Origin: a virus
Taxonomy: Duplodnaviria; Caudoviricetes
Virus record (IMG/VR): IMGVR_UViG_3300033148_005125
Coordinates: 1-54,791 of that record
Strand: one strand, 5' to 3'
DNA length: 54,791 nucleotides
Below, piece after piece: positions 1 to 8,184 of the stretch; position 1 is the first letter of the stretch, and every line of letters begins with the position of its first letter. The notes under the pieces were generated by a model that was given only the letters and a program-made list of their open reading frames with translations, was not told where the DNA came from and made no database searches. Made by a program: the position numbers and the translations under genes.

Positions 1-2
1 AT

Positions 3-224
3 TATCAGGAATATCTTGAATGGCTCAAACTGGGTAATACTCCAATAGTAAAACAGCCTTCTGAGTTTCACAAATTAGTTGGTGATGAGTGGGTTCTGGA
101 TAGTGAAGCTAAAACTAAAGCTAATCAAGAAGTACTTATCCAAGCTAAAATAAGAGACCTTGCTATTGACTCTTTGAAAGTTGAAGGAAAACTTCCATCA
201 TATTTTTCGGATAATAAAGCATAA
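3..224 (+). CDS. 3' end of putative tail fibre assembly/chaperone-like protein (partial)
   Basis: Open frame from the window edge reads YQEYLEWLKLGNTP...PSEFHKLVGDEWVLD...TAA(222-224). YQEYLEW..GNTP and P...H...G..WV are typical of phage tail fibre assembly proteins. Not in the ORF track. Confidence 0.5.
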   Translation, partial: YQEYLEWLKLGNTPIVKQPSEFHKLVGDEWVLDSEAKTKANQEVLIQAKIRDLAIDSLKVEGKLPSYFSDNKA

Positions 225-310
225 TTGGGGCATATAGTTTATGACAACTTTATCAAACTTATTTAATATAAAGGTTGTATAAATATAAATTTAAGTAAAG
301 GACGTGTAAG

Positions 311-847
311 ATGATTCGAGTAGACATAGGAGAACAATTTCCGATTGTAGTATCTCTTATAGATGAACAAACAGGACAAAATGCTTCTGGGCAAACTGTT
401 TATTATGATATAAGGGATAACAATGATGACTCGTTATCTCCAACTTTGGCGGGAACACTTTCAGAATCTTCTGTGGAATCTGGAATATACAGGAAAATAA
501 TAGTTGGTGGTATAAGTACTTCGGGTATATACACAATATACGCCACTTGTTCTGGGTTTACTACAAATACAGAAGAATTAATTGTAAATCCAGAAAATAT
601 ATATGAATTAACTAAGCAAAACAGGCATTATAATATTAGTGTAGAAGATGTAGTTAGAACTAATGCTGTAGCTACTGCGTCACAGATAGCTAGGAATGTT
701 CCGCTTAATAAAACAGATTATATTCTGACTATAATTAAAGAGGATGATGTTGTTGATTGGAGTTCAGCAACTGTTTTGGGGACAACTTATGCTTGGTATT
801 TAACTGTTGATGATGAAGTCCCATATAAAATTGGAGGGCCAAATTAA
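311..847 (+). CDS. hypothetical virion protein (beta-rich, acidic)
   Basis: 178-aa ORF with AAGGA upstream; composition resembles neighbouring structural proteins. Confidence 0.55.
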   Translation: MIRVDIGEQFPIVVSLIDEQTGQNASGQTVYYDIRDNNDDSLSPTLAGTLSESSVESGIYRKIIVGGISTSGIYTIYATCSGFTTNTEELIVNPENIYELTKQNRHYNISVEDVVRTNAVATASQIARNVPLNKTDYILTIIKEDDVVDWSSATVLGTTYAWYLTVDDEVPYKIGGPN

Positions 848-1029
848 TGGATGTTAGATTAATAGCGTGGGCCGGATACGAATTAAAAGGATCGGCTACT
901 GTTACTGTAGATAATTATATTCCAGTTTGTGACCCTGAAATGACAGCATATGAAGACGGTGTTTTACATGTTTATGCTGAAGATTATAGACCATCAATTA
1001 AAGCAGAGATAGAAGAAGAAGATTCTTAA
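847..1029 (+). CDS. small hypothetical protein
   Basis: 60 aa; TAATG overlap with the upstream stop; GGAGG at 832-836. Confidence 0.55.
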   Translation: MDVRLIAWAGYELKGSATVTVDNYIPVCDPEMTAYEDGVLHVYAEDYRPSIKAEIEEEDS

Positions 1030-1051
1030 TTAAAATTGGGGGAAAGATACA

Positions 1052-1954
1052 ATGATTCGTTTAACAATTACTGTAGAAAATATATCAACAGTTATACAAG
1101 TTTATGATCGCGTTCGGGTACGAAGTAGTGCTATTGAAACTGCTGATTGGGATACTTTAACTGATTTGACAAATATAATATTGTTATCTGGACAATCTAA
1201 TTATTATTATAATGACACGATAGGTACTGCTTCTACTTATTATGCATCTCAATATTGGTTATCCACTGATCCTGATGTAACAAGTGGTTGGTCTGACCCT
1301 ATATTAGGTGAAGCAGGGGATATATATTATAATCCTTTATATCCATCAGAGGCTAGTTATGGCACAGCTGATCAACTTGTTATTGATAGAATAAGGCGTT
1401 TAATAGGTGATCCTATTGATTTAAGAAGAGAATATGGTGAAGATGCTGCTTCCTCGATACACCCTGATAATAAAACGTATGAGTTAGATGAAAAAGGATG
1501 GCCTGCAAATATTCGTATGAATAATGAGCCGTATAATGATAGTACAAATCCTGTAGTTAATGGTTATAGATATTTAGTATTTAGTGAAGATATAGAAGAA
1601 ACAACTTGGTCAGGTTGTACTGAATATGGTGTAGATATTTGGTATTATACTTTCAGATGGTCTGATAGAGAGATAATGGAGGCCTATGATAATTGTCCAC
1701 CACCAGTTGGGTTGACTACAATTACTGCTAATTCTGAAGCATATATGCTTCAAACAGCTATAGAACTTCTTTATTCTGAGGTATGGGAATCTTCAGTGGA
1801 AGATGGTGCTGTAATAACTGATGAGGGAACGAGATACGACCCATCTCCAGGTTTAGATACCAGAAAAGGTTTGTTAGATAATTTACAGAAAAAATTAGAT
1901 AAGTTAACACAATCTCTTACATTAACTGGTATATCTGGAGTTTTACTTGATTAA
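1052..1954 (+). CDS. putative head-tail adaptor/neck protein
   Basis: IDRIRRLIGDP and RWSDREI motifs plus a helical C-terminus resemble phage connector/adaptor proteins; first gene of the neck block. Confidence 0.5.
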   Translation: MIRLTITVENISTVIQVYDRVRVRSSAIETADWDTLTDLTNIILLSGQSNYYYNDTIGTASTYYASQYWLSTDPDVTSGWSDPILGEAGDIYYNPLYPSEASYGTADQLVIDRIRRLIGDPIDLRREYGEDAASSIHPDNKTYELDEKGWPANIRMNNEPYNDSTNPVVNGYRYLVFSEDIEETTWSGCTEYGVDIWYYTFRWSDREIMEAYDNCPPPVGLTTITANSEAYMLQTAIELLYSEVWESSVEDGAVITDEGTRYDPSPGLDTRKGLLDNLQKKLDKLTQSLTLTGISGVLLD

Positions 1955-1979
1955 CAATTAATTTTATGGGAGATAACCA

Positions 1980-2606
1980 ATGCGTAATAGAGTCAGCCCA
2001 AAAACTAAAAATAAACATAGGAAAGCCATTAGGGATATTATTAAAGGTCTTAGTAGAAAAATTCTTATTTATAAGCAGCCAATCAAGAGTGAGTGTAGTA
2101 ATTGCTATTATGATAAATTAACTAACCGTTCTACAGGTAAATGTAAGTGGACAATAACTGAAGCTGAAGCTAAACAAGCAATTTATTCAGGTGTTAATCC
2201 TAATACAGAAACTTGTTCAACAAAATCACCAACCAATATAAGATATAAATGGTTTAAATATGGTAGATGTCCTATATGTAATGGTAAGGGTTATCTTGAA
2301 GTGAAAAGAAGAACTTGGGCTGATTGTTTGGTTACTTGGGACCCAAGATCGCGTGGTGGAGCAAATGAAATTATTTATACCCCGGCCGGAACAGAAGGGT
2401 CAACTGTTGTTCAGTTAAAAACAGACCCTAAATACTTTGATACATTTAAAAATTGTGATTATTTAGTTGTAGATGGTATAAATTGTAAGATATCAAGACC
2501 ACCTATTCTAAGAGGTTTAGGTGTACAGGCTGTGTTGGTAGTAACTGCCTTTACAACAGATAAACCTAAAGTTGATAGTAGTGAAATAATTAAGGATTAT
2601 ATTTAA
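1980..2606 (+). CDS. putative head-closure (stopper) protein with Zn-binding insertion
   Basis: CSNC...CPICNGKGY Cys pairs and a C-terminal 'DYLVVDG...RGLG' beta region; follows the adaptor gene. Confidence 0.45.
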   Translation: MRNRVSPKTKNKHRKAIRDIIKGLSRKILIYKQPIKSECSNCYYDKLTNRSTGKCKWTITEAEAKQAIYSGVNPNTETCSTKSPTNIRYKWFKYGRCPICNGKGYLEVKRRTWADCLVTWDPRSRGGANEIIYTPAGTEGSTVVQLKTDPKYFDTFKNCDYLVVDGINCKISRPPILRGLGVQAVLVVTAFTTDKPKVDSSEIIKDYI

Positions 2607-3223
2607 TGGATAAAGAAATAAGAAAATTTAATGGTTTATTGGAAACAGATTTAATTATTAAACTTGAAGACTTACGAGATCAGTTTATAGATTTTATAAT
2701 GGGGTCTTATGATGTTGATTTAACAGTTACTGAGCCAAAAAGTAAAGCTGATCCACAGTTATATAGAGATGAATTTATAGAACGTTTAAGTAGTTTTGAG
2801 TATTTTGAGATGATGGGTAATAGGTTAAAATTTAGATTACCAACTATAGATACTTTTGATTTTGGAGGTAGGTTGGGAATTATAAAACATATTTTAGAAG
2901 GAACAGTTGGTATTTATGCAGAGGTAAGTGCTGAAGATTATGAAAAAATGTTTGGTAAAAGAATATATACAAGAGATCCATTAGATGCTACAGTACCCAA
3001 AAAAGAATTAATTTATATAATGAGATACAATGGTGTTCTTAGAAAAGCTGAAATTAATACGTTTAATAGTAATAAATACCTGATAGTATATCCCTATTCA
3101 AACACACCACCATTTAGAATATTTGAAGAGGGAGCAGAGTTTATAGAGAATATGATGGATATATTAGTTAATGATGTTACTAAAAATACTGTTAAGAAAT
3201 ATAAAAAAAATAGCATAAGGTAA
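2606..3223 (+). CDS. putative neck/tail completion protein
   Basis: 205-aa ORF with TAATG coupling, between the closure-like and terminator-like genes; assigned by synteny only. Confidence 0.35.
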   Translation: MDKEIRKFNGLLETDLIIKLEDLRDQFIDFIMGSYDVDLTVTEPKSKADPQLYRDEFIERLSSFEYFEMMGNRLKFRLPTIDTFDFGGRLGIIKHILEGTVGIYAEVSAEDYEKMFGKRIYTRDPLDATVPKKELIYIMRYNGVLRKAEINTFNSNKYLIVYPYSNTPPFRIFEEGAEFIENMMDILVNDVTKNTVKKYKKNSIR

Positions 3224-3230
3224 ATTAGAT

Positions 3231-4160
3231 ATGACTTACGAAATGAAAAATCTCAGAAAAGAAGACATCTCGTTACATTTTTACTTGAAGCACAAAGTGT
3301 TAGTAGATTTTATAGAAAAAGAAGAGTATATACCATTGGAATTTATTTCTTCTGCCTCATGTTATGAAGATGGTTATGTTTATTCTGCTTTAACTGAGAT
3401 GATTCCTTCTCCAATCGATCGTGGTAGAGGGTGGGTATATTTTGATACTTGTTCTGGTACAACTACAATATGTAATTTAGATGATTCAGGAAATGTATTA
3501 CCAGACCCCTATACTACGATGTCAGGAATAAAAGAACAATCTAATAGAATTATTGTATATGATGAGAGTGATTCTATTATTCCAGACACTGAATATATAA
3601 TTGATTATATTGATGGCAGGATAGTAACATCTGGAACAGTAACTCCTGCGCGTGTTGATTATTACTTTAATTATATTAGTTTAGTGGATGAGTGGGCGGC
3701 TATTGAAGCAGCAGACCCACCTGTAGTTGTTATAGATGTGATGGGCACAGATAAAGGTGGTTATCAGTTGGGTGGTGGTAAGCGTGTGGTAAGAAAAGTT
3801 GATATACATGTATTTGCCTCAGATACTGCAGAAAGAAATGATATAGTGGAAACTATATATGATGGGTTATATTTAAAGAGTTGTCCACTTTATACTTTTA
3901 CAGAAGGTTCGGTTTTGGAATATGATGGTACTTGGCATGGTAGAAAGGGAAGTATGAATAAATTAGAAACGTTATTTGACACAAGTTATATTACTGGTTA
4001 TTTAGGTGGTAGATGTACTTTACAATTTGAAAATGTTACTACAAGGCACATAAGTTTACCTTTAATTATGACACAAAGTAGAGATGAAGTTATGTTGAGT
4101 GATTTAAATGCTTATAGATCTAAAATAAGTTTTGATATGGTTTCTTATACTGAAGGATAA
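3231..4160 (+). CDS. putative tail terminator protein
   Basis: PPVVVIDV...YQLGGG...VDIHVFASDTAERNDIVETIYD pattern is typical of tail-terminator folds; directly precedes the tube gene. Confidence 0.55.
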   Translation: MTYEMKNLRKEDISLHFYLKHKVLVDFIEKEEYIPLEFISSASCYEDGYVYSALTEMIPSPIDRGRGWVYFDTCSGTTTICNLDDSGNVLPDPYTTMSGIKEQSNRIIVYDESDSIIPDTEYIIDYIDGRIVTSGTVTPARVDYYFNYISLVDEWAAIEAADPPVVVIDVMGTDKGGYQLGGGKRVVRKVDIHVFASDTAERNDIVETIYDGLYLKSCPLYTFTEGSVLEYDGTWHGRKGSMNKLETLFDTSYITGYLGGRCTLQFENVTTRHISLPLIMTQSRDEVMLSDLNAYRSKISFDMVSYTEG

Positions 4161-4170
4161 AATAATTAAC

Positions 4171-4191
4171 TAACCTCTATATTAAATAGAG
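4171..4191 (+). promoter_or_regulatory. TAACCT-hairpin intergenic motif (candidate phage promoter), copy upstream of the tube gene
   Basis: TAACCTCTATATTAAATAGAG contains the inverted repeat CTCTAT/ATAGAG; similar motifs at 34919, 43150, 46610 and 48227. Confidence 0.45.
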
Positions 4192-4354
4192 ATAGATAAT
4201 TTTTATTGAGTTATAAAATTCAATAGGAAAGGGATAAGGTTTGTTGTCTTTTGGACACGCCTCTGTTCGATCTCAACAAAAAGGATAGCTTTTTTAAAAA
4301 AAACCAACCTGAAAATTTTTTTTAAAAAATGGATAATGGGAGGATTAAAAGATT

Positions 4355-5959
4355 ATGGCTAGAAACAGAATAATTTATGCGAGTCAGTCTGTATGGTGTA
4401 ATGGTGAAGTACTTTACAGAGTGCAGTCACTTGGTAGTACCACTACATTCACGTCTGAAGATATCTTTGAACTTGGTCATTTAGATATTATTGATGTTGT
4501 TGATGACGTTCCTGCAGTGGCGGTGACTTTAAACACCAATGATTTTGGTGACTTGCGTACACTGGCTACTTTAGCTCAGCTAACTCCTGCAAAGAAAATG
4601 ATGGCTGCTACAGCAACAAGCGATAATGCGAATTTAGTTGTTGTTAGTGGTACCAATCTTGTAGAAACAGATACCTATCTTCATGGTGTTGCTTTAGCTG
4701 ACTTTGCTATTGTGTGTGGTAATTTACCTGGTGTTAGTGTTTGGGCACCTGTCCAAGATGAGTGTTCTCTTGGTACGCTGGCTAATAATATTGACCAATC
4801 CTTGTTCTTGGATGAAGTATATATTAATAGCTTGGAATTTAGTTATACAACCGGCGCTAATGCGACTGAAAACTATGGAGCTGAAACAGATAATAAAATG
4901 TGGCTGTTGAATGAGGGCCGTTTTGTTAACTGGGATGCTTACACATTAGAAAATGCTGATATTACTAATATGTATGTAGACCTAACATTAGTTTCTGGTA
5001 CTATTGTAACTCCTCTGTCTGATGGTGGAGCATCAGCTTTTTTGAGAAAGGATGATAATGGTGCTGCTGGAATAAGTTGGTATGATACTTCAGAAAATGA
5101 AGTTACTAATGTTGAGATCTCTACATCTAGTGGTACTGCTACATATTGGTATGAAAAATTAGATACTGGAATTACCAGAGTTCATTTCCCATCCACTGGT
5201 CTTTATATACCGGCAGAAACAGATAGGCTTGAAATACTATATGCTGCTAATGGATATGGATCTGCTGCTACCAGTACTTATTTTTCAGCGTTAGCTGATA
5301 TTGACAGACCTGATATGATTGGTGCTTTGAGACAGGGTCAAGTGGAAGTTTATATTGTGGCAAGTGATGATGTAGCTTTTGATAATGCTTGGAGATTAAC
5401 TGGTTGTACTATTTCGGCAGACCTTACACGTGAAGCTCTTAGTGAATTAGGACATCTTGCTCCATATGACCGACCACTGACTTTACCTATTCCTATCACA
5501 GTAACTGTCGATACTACTGCTGGTGATCTTGAAAATTGGTCTAAAGTGGCTAATAAATTGAGTGAGTTTGACGCTTTGACACTTAATGATATTGATCTTA
5601 CAGATCTTACCAAGTCGGAGTCTTTAAAATTAGTTATAAAAGTATTTGCTCAAACTGATGAGGAAGCTGGAGGAACTGCTTCTAATAGAACTATTTTTGC
5701 TGGTTCACCTTTAGTTGGACAGACTTCTATGTTAGATGGTGTAGAAAATGGTGTTTATATTTCTACTAATACAGAGTATGCTTTGAAAACCATAGTTGTT
5801 GAGCATTTAAAGATTACTGATGAAGGTAATACATTGGATGTGGGTGCTAATATGACCCAAACATTCGGTTTCAGATCTACTAACGATCTATTTGTTGTTA
5901 AAGGTGATGTGTCTATTGGTAATATCACTGGTGATTTAAAAATTAGAAGAAACGGATAA
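4355..5959 (+). CDS. major tail tube protein (two tandem tube-like domains)
   Basis: Strong SD (GGGAGGA); lies between the terminator-like gene and the chaperones/TMP; followed by a terminator hairpin; duplicated ELGHL and GANxT motifs. Confidence 0.7.
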   Translation: MARNRIIYASQSVWCNGEVLYRVQSLGSTTTFTSEDIFELGHLDIIDVVDDVPAVAVTLNTNDFGDLRTLATLAQLTPAKKMMAATATSDNANLVVVSGTNLVETDTYLHGVALADFAIVCGNLPGVSVWAPVQDECSLGTLANNIDQSLFLDEVYINSLEFSYTTGANATENYGAETDNKMWLLNEGRFVNWDAYTLENADITNMYVDLTLVSGTIVTPLSDGGASAFLRKDDNGAAGISWYDTSENEVTNVEISTSSGTATYWYEKLDTGITRVHFPSTGLYIPAETDRLEILYAANGYGSAATSTYFSALADIDRPDMIGALRQGQVEVYIVASDDVAFDNAWRLTGCTISADLTREALSELGHLAPYDRPLTLPIPITVTVDTTAGDLENWSKVANKLSEFDALTLNDIDLTDLTKSESLKLVIKVFAQTDEEAGGTASNRTIFAGSPLVGQTSMLDGVENGVYISTNTEYALKTIVVEHLKITDEGNTLDVGANMTQTFGFRSTNDLFVVKGDVSIGNITGDLKIRRNG

Positions 5960-5984
5960 TGATTTAGGGTATTTAGTTTATAGG

Positions 5985-6014
5985 ATGGGTGGTGCTTTTG
6001 CACCACCCATTTAT
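5985..6014 (+). terminator. intrinsic terminator-like hairpin after the tube gene
   Basis: Perfect 11-bp stem ATGGGTGGTGC-TTTT-GCACCACCCAT followed by a short T/A tract. Confidence 0.75.
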
Positions 6015-6040
6015 AAAATAATTATGGGAGGAATATAGGC

Positions 6041-6289
6041 ATGGCAAGTAATAATAAAAGTAAGGAAAGAATGAATCGGTTAGTGGCAGATGAAGTTACT
6101 AAAATGTTTGAACATGCTCTTGATTATGCACAAGTTGCCTGCCCTACTGCAGATACATATAAAGTTCTAAGATCAAAAATTCTTAGAGTAGGTAATAATT
6201 GTATAAGAAATATTAAAAGAAAAATAGAACATTATGATGTTGAATATAAGGATATCTCTGAGGATATAATAGAAATTCCTGAGAGATAA
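6041..6289 (+). CDS. hypothetical protein
   Basis: 82 aa; SD GGGAGGA upstream. Confidence 0.7.
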   Translation: MASNNKSKERMNRLVADEVTKMFEHALDYAQVACPTADTYKVLRSKILRVGNNCIRNIKRKIEHYDVEYKDISEDIIEIPER

Positions 6290-6324
6290 TAAATAAAAAG
6301 AAAAGGTAATGGAGGAGGTTTATA

Positions 6325-7095
6325 ATGGCAGAGGAAAAAAGAGATGATAGAAGAAGTTTTTTAGGACCTGATGGGGTAATTACTTACTATATAACACCAC
6401 CTAATGCAGAAGATATTAGAGGTGCTGATTGGCATTATAGTAAAATGTATACCCGCAGTTTGGTGGAAGGGATAACGACTAGTGCTGAAATGATGGATAT
6501 TCTAAGACAGAGAGGTATTATAGGACCTGAATTTGAGCAGCGCGCTACAGAATTACAAAAAGAATTGGGTGAAAAATTAGATCTTTTATATAAAGCTACT
6601 GATTTAGAAATAAAAAGAAATTTATCCCTTGAAGTGTATAACGCTAGAGAAGAATTATTTCAATGGAATCAAAGACTTTCTGGACCCATGAATAATACAT
6701 GTGAACAAATATCTGATGATGCTAGGTTAGAATATTTAACTTCTTGTATGATTCAAACAGAAGATGGTAAAAAAGTTTGGGATTCTTATGATAGTTTCTC
6801 TAAAGAAAAGAATACTGATCTGGCTGCGTTAGCTGTGAGATCTAGACTTGAAGTAATGTTATATTTACAAGGTTTAGAATCTGATTTTCTTGATAAGACA
6901 CCAGAGGCTATGGCTATGCGTGAAGTTGAAGAAGATATTATTAAGAGAGCCGAAGAGGCTTTAAAAGCTGCTGACGCAATAATACAGGAAGAAAAAGAGA
7001 TAGTAGAAGCAGATAAAAAAGCCGAGGCTAAAGCAAAGCCTAAAACCACTAAAAATAAAAAAATAACTAAAACAAAGAAGAATACTGACAACTAA
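6325..7095 (+). CDS. putative tail assembly chaperone (gpG-like)
   Basis: Helical protein between the tube and TMP genes; SD GGAGGAGG; Lys-rich C-terminal tail. Confidence 0.55.
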   Translation: MAEEKRDDRRSFLGPDGVITYYITPPNAEDIRGADWHYSKMYTRSLVEGITTSAEMMDILRQRGIIGPEFEQRATELQKELGEKLDLLYKATDLEIKRNLSLEVYNAREELFQWNQRLSGPMNNTCEQISDDARLEYLTSCMIQTEDGKKVWDSYDSFSKEKNTDLAALAVRSRLEVMLYLQGLESDFLDKTPEAMAMREVEEDIIKRAEEALKAADAIIQEEKEIVEADKKAEAKAKPKTTKNKKITKTKKNTDN

Positions 7096-7098
7096 AAA

Positions 7099-8121
7099 AT
7101 GGATGTTACTCACGAAGAAACAGAGAAATGTCTATGTAAGATTTTTACAGGTAGTGACTTATTATATATTAAATATGGCGACGAGGATACTCATATTGAA
7201 TTTAGGCAGCCAAGCAATAATATCCGATTAAAAGCCAATATTGTTTATAATGAAGCATACGATAAAGCTATATCTGAAGGTATGTTGTCTACTGAAGATT
7301 TAAAAGCGTTGCTAAAAGAAAGAAATATTTTTACTCAAGAGGAAGAAGATCAACTTAACAGATTAGAATCAAAATTAAAAGGCCAAGAGGTTTTATTAGC
7401 TAAAACGATAGTTGTAAAAGCTAGACAAGACAGATTAAAAAAAATTGTGTCTGATTTAAAGAGTGAGATAAATGTTTTACAAGCTAAAAAAATTTCTATG
7501 CTGATGATGTCTGCTGATGCAAAAGCTGAGGAAGAAAGAACTTTGTATTTATGTTGGTCTTGTACATATAATAATGATACATTTGAATTGTATTGGAAAA
7601 CTTATAGGAATCTTTTGAAAGAAGATAATTTAGTATTTAAGGATGAAGTTTTATCAAAGTTTTTAAGGTTTTATAGGGGTGTAGATACTAAACTTATTAG
7701 ACATATAGCAAGAAGTAATTTATGGCGAATAAGATATATTACTAGTCAAAAGACGTCGGACCCTTTGTTTGGGGTACCAACGTCACAATATACAAATGAT
7801 ATGTTAAATTTGGCTTATTGGTCAAATTACTATCAAAATATTTACGAGATGCTTCCAGAAGATAGACCCCCAGATTTAATCATCGATGATGATGAAGCAT
7901 TAGATGCTTATATGCAGAGTTATTATGATGATAGAAGTAGGGAAAATGCGGCAAGGCGAAGTAAGGTTAAAACTAAGGGGAAACTATCAGCTTTTGATAA
8001 AGAGGAAGTAATCGTAACTCAATCGAATGAATTATATGAAGATATAAAATATGACAAACCAAGAGAAGCACGAAGAATTAAAAACAAAGCAGCAATAAGG
8101 AAAAAAACCAGGTCTGGTTAG
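7099..8121 (+). CDS. putative tail assembly chaperone (gpGT-like), paralog of the upstream gene with a C-terminal extension
   Basis: N-terminal ~190 aa align by eye to 6325..7095; extra C-terminal region (YEMLPEDRPPDLIIDDDEALDAY); immediately precedes the TMP. Confidence 0.55.
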   Translation: MDVTHEETEKCLCKIFTGSDLLYIKYGDEDTHIEFRQPSNNIRLKANIVYNEAYDKAISEGMLSTEDLKALLKERNIFTQEEEDQLNRLESKLKGQEVLLAKTIVVKARQDRLKKIVSDLKSEINVLQAKKISMLMMSADAKAEEERTLYLCWSCTYNNDTFELYWKTYRNLLKEDNLVFKDEVLSKFLRFYRGVDTKLIRHIARSNLWRIRYITSQKTSDPLFGVPTSQYTNDMLNLAYWSNYYQNIYEMLPEDRPPDLIIDDDEALDAYMQSYYDDRSRENAARRSKVKTKGKLSAFDKEEVIVTQSNELYEDIKYDKPREARRIKNKAAIRKKTRSG

Positions 8122-8184
8122 GAATGATAGGATAAGAATAATAATGTTTTTGGTTTAAACTAATGTTTAATGGAGGTGCTGTTC

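Noticed and set aside
4255-4280. tRNA suggested by GTTCGA
   Set aside because: No T-stem or cloverleaf can be built around it.
8170-8184. ATG start at 8170 given by the ORF track
   Set aside because: It overlaps the SD itself (GGAGGTG 8172-8178); in-frame TTG at 8185 is correctly spaced.
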